A stretch of DNA of 64,000 nt from Eledone cirrhosa (taxonomy: Eukaryota), in contig OZ024755.1 in the NCBI GenBank assembly GCA_964016885.1, positions 11,160,001 through 11,224,000 on the forward strand, read 5' to 3'. The position numbers and the translations under genes were made by a program. Numbering within the stretch: position 1 is the stretch's first letter; each line of letters opens with the position of its first letter. The notes under the pieces are model-generated. The model had not been told where the DNA came from, made no database searches, and saw only the letters and a program-made list of their open reading frames with translations. Shown here in pieces: positions 1 through 11,300 of the stretch.

Positions 1-2419
1 CAGTCCCTTCTCTAACGTAGCTTTCTCTCTCTCTCTTTGTCCCTTCTTCTTTCCCTCTCTCTGTCTTATCATCAATTCAGTCAACATCCCCCTCTATCTA
101 TCTGCCTCTCTCTCTCTGCAGCTCCTCTGTATTTCTCTGCCTTTCTCTTACTCTCATCCCCCTCACTATCCGTCTTTACATCTGACCACCCTCATACTAC
201 CACACTATCTCATTTCTCTCATTCACCTCTTCTCCATTCTCTCTCGTGGAATAAGATTGCGGGTGTGCGGAATCAAATCAATTTTACAGTCCAGGGGGAA
301 GTAATTGTGTAAGCATACCCCCTCCTACCACCATACTATCTTGTTTCTGTCTCTCTCACCAATCAAACGTAAACACTCTCACCTCAACTCCTCTCCGAAA
401 TAAATATATAAACAAACGGAAAGACACCAAGTCCCCACATAGGCGCTCTGCCAAGTAAAAATATCTCGAACAAAATAATTTAATTAATAAAACACGACAA
501 TAAAACATCAATGTATTCGCCATAATTACATTCACAAATTTATAAAAAAACATTGATAAGGAAAAATAACGAAGTCAATTTTAAAAGAAATTCTAAACTT
601 CGTTGAATTCCGTTAAAAGTATTCGTGTTGTCTTGACAGACGACATGTGTGTGTGTGTATATATATATAAATATACATTTAAACATGTGTATGTATTTAT
701 GTATGCATGTATGTATATCAATTATTGACTTATTTAGATAAATAGTTTTCTAATATCGTGTTTAATATTTCATATTGTGTCTTCTGGTTTTCTTCCATTT
801 AATCACAACTCTAAACTGACACCCTTTCATTTACTTACTGTCTTACACACTCTCTCTCTCTCTCTTTTCTTTCCCCTCTCACGAGGCCTCAGCTTTCTCT
901 CTCTTTTTACCAGTCCCTTCTCTAACGTAGCTTTCTCTCTCTCCTTGTCCCTTCTTCTTTCCCTCTCTCTGCCTTACCATCCATTCAGTCAACATCCCCC
1001 TCTATCTATCTGCCTCTCTCTCTCTCTGCAGCTCCTCTGTATTTCACTGTCTTTCTCTTACTTTCATCCTCCTCGCTATCCGTCTTTACATCTGACCCTC
1101 TCATACCACTACACTATCTCCTTTCTCCCTCTCTCTCTCACCTGGAATAAAATTGCGGGTGTGCAGAATCAAATCAATTTTACAGTCCAGGGGGAAGTAA
1201 TTCTGTAAGCATACCCCTCCTACCACCATACTATCTTGTTTCTGTCTCTCTCACCAATCAAACGTAAACACTCTCACCTCAACTCCTCTCCGAAATAAAT
1301 ATATAAACAAACGGAAAGACACCAAGTCCCCACATAGGCGCTCTACCAAGTAAAAATATCTCGAACAAAATAATTTAATTAATAAAACACGACAATAAAG
1401 CATCAATGTATTCACCATAATTACATTCACAACGTTATAATAAAACATTGATAAGGAAAAATAACGAAGTAAATTTTTAAAGAAATTCTAAACTTCGTTG
1501 AAATCCGTTAAAAGTATTCGTGTTGTCTTGACAGACGATATGTGTCTGTGTGTATATATAAATATACATGTAAACATGTGTATGTATTTATGTATGCATG
1601 TATGTATATAAATTATTGTCTTATTTAGATAAATATTTTTCTTATATCGTGTTTAATATTTCATATTGTGTCGTCTGGTTTTCTAACATTTAATCACATA
1701 ACTCTCATTTGACTCCCCTTCATCTACTTACAGTCTTACATACTCTCTCTCTCTCTCTCTCTCTCTTTTTACCAGTCCCTTCTCTAACGTAGCTTTCTCT
1801 CTCTCTCTTTGTCCCTTCTTCTTTCCCTCTCTCTGCCTTACCATCCATTCAGTCAACATCCCCCTCTATCTATCTGCCTCTCTCTCTCTGCAGTTCCTCT
1901 GTATTTCTCTGCCTTTCTCTTACTCTCATCCCCCTCACTATCCGTCTTACATCTGACCACCCTCATACTACCACACTATCTCATTTCTCTCTTTCACCTC
2001 TTCTCCATTCTCTCTCGTGGAATAAAATTGCGGGTGTGCAGAATCAAATCAATTTTACAGTCCAGGGGGAAGTAATTCTGTAAGCATACCCCCTCCTACC
2101 ACCATACTATCTTGTTTCTGTCTCTCTCACCAACCAAACCTAAACACTCTGACCTCAACTCCTCTCCGAAATAAATATATAAACAAACTGGAAGCCACTC
2201 TGTCACCACATAGGCGCTCTACCAAGTAAAAATATCTCCATCAACACAAATAAATTAATAAAACATGACAATAAAACATCAATGTATTCGCCATAATTAC
2301 ATTCACAACTTTATAATAAAACATTGATAAGGAAAAATAACGAAGTAAATGTAAAAAGAAAATCTAAATTTCGTGAAATTCTGTTAAAAGTATTCGTGTT
2401 GTCTTGACAGACGATATGA

Positions 2420-2450
<31 letters not shown>

Positions 2451-4218
2451 CCTGAAAACATATCTATGTATGCATATAAATTATTGTCTTGTTTACAAAA
2501 ATATTTTACTAATATCGTGTTTAATATTTCTTATTGGCTCGTCTGGTTTTCTTCCATTTAATCGCAACTTACCTCTCAACTGACTCCCCTTCATATACTA
2601 CCTGCCTCACTCTCTCTTTTTCCCCTCTCACGATGGGTCACTTTCTCTCTCTTTTTGCCACCCCCTTCACTAACACATCCTTTTCTCTCTCGCTCTCTCT
2701 TTGTCCCTTCTTCTTTCCCTCTCTCTGCCTTACCATCCTTTCAGTCAACATCCCCCTCTATCTATCTGCCTCTCTCTCTCTGCAGCTCCTCTGTATTTCT
2801 CTGCCTTTCTCTTGCTCTCAACTCTCTCACTATCCGTCTTTACATCTGACCCCCTCATACCACCACACTATCACCCTTCACACTCTCTCACCTCTTCATC
2901 ATTCTCTCTCCCGGAATAAAATTGCGGGTGTGCAGAATCAAATCAATTTTACAGTCCAGGGGGAAGTAATTCTGTAAGCATACCCCTCCTACCACCATAC
3001 TATCTTGTTTCTGTCTCTCTCACCTACTAAACGAAAATACTCTCACCTCAACTCCTCTCCGAAATAAATATATAAACAAACGGAAAGACACCAAGACCCC
3101 ACATAGGCGCTCTACCAAGTAAAAATATCTCGAACAAAATAATTTAATTAATAAAACACGACAATAAAGCATCAATGTATTCACCATAATTACATTCACA
3201 ACGTTATAATATTGATAAGGAAAAATAACGAAGTAAATTTTTAGAGAAATTCTAAACTTCGTTGAATTCCGTTAAAAGTATTCGTGTTGTCTTGACAGAC
3301 GATATGTGTCTGTGTGTATATATAAATATACATGTAAACATGTGTATGTATTTATGTATGCATGTATGTATATAAATTATTGTCTTATTTAGATAAATAT
3401 TTTTCTTATATCGTGTTTAATATTTCATATTGTGTCGTCTGGTTTTCTAACATTTAATCACATAACTCTCAACTGACTCCCCTTCATTTACTTAGTCTTA
3501 CATACTCTCTCTCTCTCTCTCTCTCTTTTCTTTCCCCTCTCACGAGGCCTCAGCTTTCTCTCTCTTTTTACCAGTCCCTTCTCTAACGTGGCTTTCTCTC
3601 TCTCTCTTTGTCCCTTCTTCTTTCCCTCTCTCTGTCTTATCATCAATTCAGTCAACATCCCCCTCTATCTATCTGCCTCTCTCTCTCTGCAGCTCCTCTG
3701 TATTTCTCTGCCTTTCTCTTGCTCTCAACTCCCTCACTATCCGTCTTTACATCTGACCCCCTCATACCACCACACTATCACCCTTCACACTCTCTCGCCT
3801 CTTCATCATTCTCTCTCCCGGAATAAAATTGCGGGTGTGCAGAATCAAATCAATTTTACAGTCCAGGGGGAAGTAATTCTGTAAACATACGCCTCCTACC
3901 ACCATACTATCTTGTTTCTGTCTCTCTCACCAAACAAACCTAAACACTCTAACCTCAACTCCTCTCCGAAATAAATATATAAACAAACTGGAAGCCACTC
4001 TGTCACCACATAGGCGCTCTACCAAGTAAAAATATCTCCATCAACACCAATAAATTAATAAAACATGACAATAAAACATCAATGTATTTGCCATAATTAC
4101 ATTCACAACTTTATAATAAAACATTGATAAGGAAAAATAACGAAGTAAATGTAAGAAGAAAATCTAAATTTCGTGAAATTCTGTTAAAAGTATTCGTTTG
4201 TCTTGACAGACGATATGA

Positions 4219-4249
<31 letters not shown>

Positions 4250-6208
4250 CCTGAAAACATATCTATGTATGCATATAAATTATTGTCTTGTTTACAAAAA
4301 TATTTTACTAATATCGTGTTTAATATTTCTTATTGGCTCGTCTGGTTTTCTTCCATTTAATCGCAACTTACCTCTCAACTGACTCCCCTTCATATACTAC
4401 CTGCCTCACTCTCTCTTTTTCCCTTCTCACGATGAGTCACTTTCTCTCTTTTTGCCACCCCCTTCACTAAACATCCTTTTCTCTCTTTCTCTCTCGCTCT
4501 CTCTTTGTCCCTTCTTCTTTCCCTCTCTCTGCCTTACCATCCATTCAGTCAACATCCCCCTCTATCTATCTGCCTCTCTCTCTCTGCAGCTCCTCTGTAT
4601 TTCTCTGCCTTTCTCTTGCTCTCAACTCCCTCACTATCCGTCTTTACATCTGACCCCCTCATACCACCACACTATCACCCTTCACACTCTCTCACCTCTT
4701 CATCATTCTCTCTCCCGGAATAAAATTGCGGGTGTGCAGAATCAAATCAATTTTACAGTCCAGGGGGAAGTAATTCTGTAAACATACCCCTCCTACCACC
4801 ATACTATCTTGTTTCTGTCTCTCTCACCTACTAAACGAAAATACTCTCACCTCAACTCCTCTCCGAAATAAATATATAAACAAACGGAAAGACACCAAGT
4901 CCCCAAATAGGCGCTCTACCAAGTAAAAATATCTCGAACAAAATAATTTAATTAATAAAACACGACAATAAAACATCAATGTATTCGCCATAATTACATT
5001 CACAACTTTATAATAAAACATTGATAGGGAAAAATAACGAAGTAAATTTTAAAAGAAATTCTAAACTTCGTTGAATTCCGTTAAAAGTATTCGTGTTGTC
5101 TTGACAGACGACATGTGTTTGTATATATATATATATAAATATACATTTAAACATGTGTATGTATTTATGTATGCATGTATGTATATCAATTATTGACTTA
5201 TTTAGATAAATATTTTTCTAATATCGTGTTTAATATTTCATATTGTGTCGTCTGGTTTTCTAACATTTAATCACATAACTCTCAACTGACTCCCTTTCAT
5301 TTACTTACTGTCTTACACACTGTCTCTCTCTCTCTTTTCTTTCCCCTCTCACGAGGCCTCAGCTTTCTCTCTCTTTTTACCAGTCCCTTCTCCAACGTAG
5401 CTGCCTCTCTCTCTCTGCAGCTCCTCTGTATTTCTCTACCTTTCTCTTACTTTCATCCCCCTCGCTATCCGTTTACATGATCCCCTCATACCACTACACT
5501 ATCTCCTTTCTCCCTCTCTCTCTCACCTGCAATAAAATTGCGGGTGTGCAGAATCAAATCAATTTTACAGTCCAAGGGGAAGTAATTGTGTAAGCATAGC
5601 CCCTCCTACCACCATACTATCTTGTTTCTGTCTCTCTCACCTACCAAACGTAAATACTCTCACCTCAACTCCTCTCCGAAATAAATATATATAAACAAAC
5701 GGAAAGACACCAAGTCCCCACATAGGCGCTCTACCAAGTAAAAATATCTCGAACAAAATAATTTAATTAATAAAACACGACAATAAAACATCAATGAATT
5801 CGCCATAATTACATTCACAACTTTATAATAAAACATTGATAAGGAAAGATAACGAAGTATATTTTAAAAATTCTAAACTTCGTTGAATTCCGTTAAAAGT
5901 ATTCGTGTTGTCTTGACCGACGATATGTGTGTGTATATATATATAAATATATATGTAAACATGTGTATGTATTTATGTATGCATGTATGTATATAAATTA
6001 TTGTCTTATTTAGATAAATATTTTTCTTATATCGTGTTTAATATTTCATATTGTGTCGTCTGGTTTTCTACCATTTAATCACATAACTCTCAACTGACTC
6101 CCCTTCATTTACTTACTGTCTTACACACTCTCTCTCTCTCTCTCTTTTCTTTCCCCTCTCACAAGACCTCAGCTTTCTCTCTTTTTACCAGTCCCTTCTC
6201 TAACGTAG

Positions 6209-6269
<61 letters not shown>

Positions 6270-7170
6270 TGTCCCTTCTTCTTGCCCTCTCTCTGCCTTA
6301 CCATCCATTCAGTCAACATCCTCCTCTATCTATCTGCCTCTCTCTCTCTCTGCAGCTCCTTTGTATTTCTCTGCCTTTCTCTTACTCTCATCCCCCTCAC
6401 TATCCGTCTTTATATCTGACCCCTCATACCACCACACTATCTCCTTTCACACTCTCTCTCTCACCTGGAATAAAATTGCGGGTGTGCAGAATCAAATCAA
6501 TTTTACAGTCCAGGGGGAAGTAATTCTGTAAGCATACCCCTCCTACCACGATACTATCTTGTGTCTGTCTCTCTCACCAACCAAACGTAAACACTCTCAC
6601 CTCATCTCCACTCCGAAACAAATATATAAACAAACGGAAAGACACCAAGTCCCCACATAGGCGCTCTACCAAGTAAAAATATCTCGAACAAAATAATTTA
6701 ATTAATAAAACACGACAACAAAACATCAATGAATTCGCCATAATTACATTCACAACTTGATAGTGAAACATTGATAAGGAAAAATAACGAAGTAAATTTA
6801 AAAAGAAATTCTAAACTTCGTGAAATTCCGTTAAAATTATTCGTGTTGGCAGACGATGTGTGTGTGTATATATATATAGAGAGATAGATATACCGCCAAA
6901 CATATGTATATATTTATGCGTGTAAGTATATATATAAATTATTGTCTTATTTACAAAAATATTTTTGTAATATCGTGTTTCATCTTTCATATTGTGTCGT
7001 CTGGTTTTCTTCCATTTAATAACGACATATCTCTCAACTGACTCCCCTTCATGTAGTTACTGCCTCACTCTCTCTCTCTCTCTCTTTATTTCCCCTCTCA
7101 CACAGCCTAAGCTTTCTCTCTCTTTTTGCCAGTCCCTTGTCTAATACAGCCTTTTCTTTGTCTCTCTCTA
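1..7170. repeat. ~0.8-0.94 kb macrosatellite, at least 8 tandem units (continues past the window start)
   Basis: Core ATTGCGGGTGTGCAGAATCAAATCAATTTTACAGTCCAGGGGGAAGTAATT recurs at ~255, 1150, 2025, 2920, 3826, 4723, 5535 and 6474; each unit also has CT-rich and TA/TG tracts. Confidence 0.97.
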
Positions 7171-7615
7171 TATTTATTTATTTTGTTCGTGTCTCTCTCT
7201 CTATTTATTTATTTTGTTCGTGATATTTTACTTGGTAGAGCGCCTATGTGGTGATTTGGTGTCTTCCAGTTTGTTTACATAATTATTTCGGAGAAGAGGG
7301 GAAGTGAGAGTGTTTACGTTTGGTTGGTGAGAGAGACAAAAACAAGATAGTATGGTGGTAGGAGGGAATATGCTTACAGGATTACTTCCCCCTGGACTGT
7401 AAAATTGATTTGATTCTGCACACCCGCAATTTTATTGCAGGAGAAGTGGTGAGAGTGTTTGTTTGGTTGGTGAGAGAGAAAGGAGGGAGATAGTATGGTG
7501 GTATGAGGGGGTCAGATGTAAAAACAGAGAGAGAGGGGGACGAACGGCAGTAAGAGAAAGAGACAAAGACAGACGAAGAGAGAGATAGATAGATAGAAAG
7601 GTTTGTTGAGGGAAT
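7170..7615 (-). repeat. Inverted, more diverged partial copy of the macrosatellite unit
   Basis: Reverse complement of the unit, including the core at 7370-7441. Confidence 0.93.
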
Positions 7616-8264
7616 ATAAAGTATACCCAGAGATCCGGATCGAATACCGCAAAGCATTCCGTGATTTCACCGCCCACGATACCATTTAAAATCTAAATAA
7701 TTCTTTTTATTTATTTAGTAAATGAAATAGTATTTAAACACAATACCAGTAATTGTTGACGAAAGGGGAAGTTTGTAACCCTATTGTTGCCATATTTCTG
7801 ATGAAAAACACGGCGTATGATTTTCTAAAATTTGGAAGAATTTAGTAAAATAATAAAATTATGATGAAATTGTTTTTCTTTTATGAATATAAACACTTTA
7901 AAATAAGCAGTTTTGTATCGTAGAACCAAGAGTATTTTTTTTTCTTTTATGAAAAGGGTTAAATTAACCCCTGGTACTTGACTAATTTTATTTTGCTGAT
8001 CCCAGAATGATGAAAGACAGTTGACATTAGTGGGATTTAACCCAGAATGTAAACAGCCAGAACAAATGCTGCAAAACATTTTATCCGATACTTCAAATAA
8101 TTTTGCCAAGCAACTCAGAAAGGAACACGATTTTTTTAGTCATCGTATAGATAAATTTAAGGGGACATAGCTCTGCTAACCAAATTACATAGTTTATCGT
8201 TCTTAGCCGGTTATTTCATTTACTGCGGAACTTACTTTCCCTTCTTCCCTCAAATCCAAGCATC

Positions 8265-8352
8265 ATGGCGAACAACGGAACCCGTCCTTACGACACAAAC
8301 ACATCAACACAAGAACAAGATGCTAATTCCGCCTTGATCGAATTAGATAAAG
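8265..8352 (+). CDS. INTS7: INTS7 exon 1
   Basis: MANNGTRPYDTNTSTQEQDANSALIELDK, donor AG|gtagtg. Confidence 0.9.
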
Positions 8353-11300
8353 GTAGTGTTTTTTCATTTCTCAATATAAACATATCTTTTTATGCCATGT
8401 TATTTCTGCAGTAACGTTTATTTATAAAACATCGCCAATACAACTAAATCAACGGCCGGTGTAAGCATTGAGGGTTTCTTTTTTTAATTTATTATTTTCC
8501 TAGTTTCATTCATTAAACTGCGGCCATGCTGGGGCACCGCTTTGAAGAAACTTAGTCTATCACATTGTCCCCAGTACTTTTTATTACAAGTCTGGTACTC
8601 ATTTTATCAATCTCTTTCGTCGAATCACAAAGTTACGAAATAAACACAAACATGATACATACACACATATATACGTGTGTGTGTGTGTTTATGATGTTGA
8701 CGGACGTTAGAACGAGTACTCAATACCCAAGTAGAGTTTAAATATTCTTTATTATGGCTAAGTTGTGAATCTTGTTACTCTGGAGTTTCGCCTGTGTACT
8801 CACAGGATCATCAGACAAAGGCGAAATTCTAGAGTAACAAACCTCACCACTTACCCATAATAAAGAATATATATATATACAGTGACAGACTAATGCGGTC
8901 CCTAGGGCATTGACAATTTTAAATTTACTCAATACACTCACAGGACCATAAGTATTACATGTGTAAAGTTTGAAAACAGGTGTTAGCGTTGCGAGTTGAA
9001 ATGGCTCTTCCAGCGCATCTCCCTTACCATTCTCCGGAGCTGTGGGGAGGCCGATACGTGGGACTCCATTTGCTCACCATACAGAGAGATGGAGGCAATG
9101 GCAGAGTTCGGCTCTTCCACGTTCGGACCATATCCTTGTGGTTGTGTTCGTTAAGCATGCTACCTGGAAGCAAGATTAGTTCTGTATGAGAAGATAACGA
9201 CTATACTAACACGCTAACAACAGCTACGACAGCCAGTGACTCTAACTGTTAGCACTATCATATATTTTGGTTTCTATTAATTTTCTAGGGAATTGTTTGA
9301 CCAAATGCTTTACTTATTTGTTTATTTATTTCTAAAAAAAATGTTATCCTTTCTCTGAGACATTTTTTGAAAGTAAAGCATTGGCTACTGGGGCCCACTT
9401 GCCATTGGGCAACCTGGCAAGACCGCCACTGTGTGTGTGTATATATATAAGAATAACATTTAAAAAGATGCTGTTATTACATAAATCGTTTATTCATCAT
9501 CATCATTTTACGTCCGCTTTTCCCTGCTTATAATAATTATTTCAATGGTTCCCTTATGGAATCCACGATGTAACGTATGCATTTGTTGTTGCCTATGGAA
9601 CTTTTTACTTGCTTTCCTGACAACTAAAATTTTAAAAAATTCAAAAGCAACATCAATTATCATCTTTCTCCTTGAATTCTGTTTTGTCCTTTTCCCTTTT
9701 TAGTCACCTCTTGCATTTTAGTGGCTTTATAAAAATGTAAATTTAATTGTATTAATTGTTACTTTTTCAGGGTTGAGGTCCCAGAAAATCGGAGACCAAT
9801 GTGAAGCTGTGGTGAGGTTTCCACGGTTATTTGAAAAATACCCTTTCCCAATCCTTGTTAATTCAGCACTTTTGAAATTGGCTGAAGTTTTCAGAGCAGG
9901 GTGAGTTGTTGTTATTAAATACAAATAAATTAATGAGATTTTGATATTATTTATTTTGAGAACAATACCTTAAGCTTATGGCCGGTTTAAATGTTAAAGG
10001 GTTAATTGTTTCTTTTTTTTTTATCTTATTTATTTTACAGAAGCAATTTTATTCGGCTGTGCATCCTTCGTGTGACACAGCAAGCTGAGAAACACTTGGA
10101 CAAAGTACTCAATGTTAATGATTTCATAAGGCGTATATTTTCTGTCATACACAGCAATGATCCAATTGCTCGTGCCATTACATTACGGTAAGTAATTATA
10201 CCAACACCACCACACCAGGTTTTCACACCATGGGTTACTTCTATAATGTATACCTCATTTTTTAACCACTCTAAGAATATTATTAAACCTGCATTTTCTA
10301 CTATACAATCCGCACTCATCTGTGTCAAATCATGTGACAGGTCATAACACTATACAATCCACTCCACTGCTTTAGATATTTCTGCAGTGCTGCTGACAGC
10401 AAAGATGTTTAGTGATTTAATCTTCCAACATATATAAAAATCATACATTAAGTTACTATCTTTGTAATGACATAATAAATTCTTCATTGCTTATTTGAAA
10501 TAGGGTATATTTTTTTAGAAATATGGTAAAAAACGAGAGAAAAAAAACACTTGTTTGTCTGGTTTGTTCATTTGTTTAGTGTGTAGTGCTACTAATGCAA
10601 ATGTGTGGTCAATCCCCAAACTGGCCATTGTTGCTATTTTTAACCTTTGCCAGCAGGGAAAGTGGACATTAAATAACAATGATGATGATGATGTTATGTG
10701 ATAACTGGGTACAACCTGCATTACAGTTGATACTATTGTGGTATTTTTTGTAGAACTCTAGGCAGTGTTGCCAGTATCATCACTGAAAAAACTACAGTGC
10801 ACCACAGTATAGTGGTCAGTCTTGATTCCCATGATGCAATCGAAGTGGATGCAGCCGTCTACGCAGCCCAGAGGTTTGCAGCTCGCTCCAAGTAAGTTTT
10901 GTCTTTCTACTTTTTATTTACTCTTATACACACAACTACCAAAATGATGACCCTTCAACTTTTATTTCAATTTAGGGAAGAGGTAGAAAACACATGGAGC
11001 CAGATTTGGGCTGTAGGGAAGATGTGGAAGAGTGGGAATGTTTTTCTTCATCAGAAATTTTCTAATTAAATGTGCTGTGTGAGCAGATGTGTTATCATTG
11101 CCATTCAGCTCAGCTCATGTGTCCTACTGCTATTCAGCTCAACTGTGTCCTATTGCTTGTCAGCTTGGCTCTGTGTCCTATTGCCAATCAGCTCAGCTCT
11201 ATGGCCTATTACCAGTCAGCTCAGCTCTGTGTCCTATTGCCTTTCAGCTCAGCTCTGTGTCCTATTGCCTTTCAGCTCAGCTCTGTGTCCTATTGCCAGT

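Noticed and set aside
548-580. AAACATTGATAAGGAAAAATAACGA resembles the 5' part of U12 snRNA
   Set aside because: Short AT-rich similarity only; no downstream U12 stems or proper Sm site.
1141-1215. Array core as U1/U7/SL RNA (minus strand starts ATGCTTAC; AATTTTA is Sm-like) or as a micro-exon (ttttacag|...|gtaagc)
   Set aside because: No U1 stem-loops, the Sm site lacks the conserved G, and the splice-like signals cannot be tied to any gene. Left as an unidentified cassette.
37-6771. Recurrent ORFs ending NKIAGVQNQINFTVQGEVIL and the 65-aa minus-strand ORFs
   Set aside because: They mostly use non-ATG starts in CT tracts, shift frame between units and match no recognisable domain. They recur only because the DNA is repeated.
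1-7600. CRISPR-like array
   Set aside because: Eukaryotic DNA; the units are ~0.9 kb and homologous throughout, with no unique spacers or cas genes.
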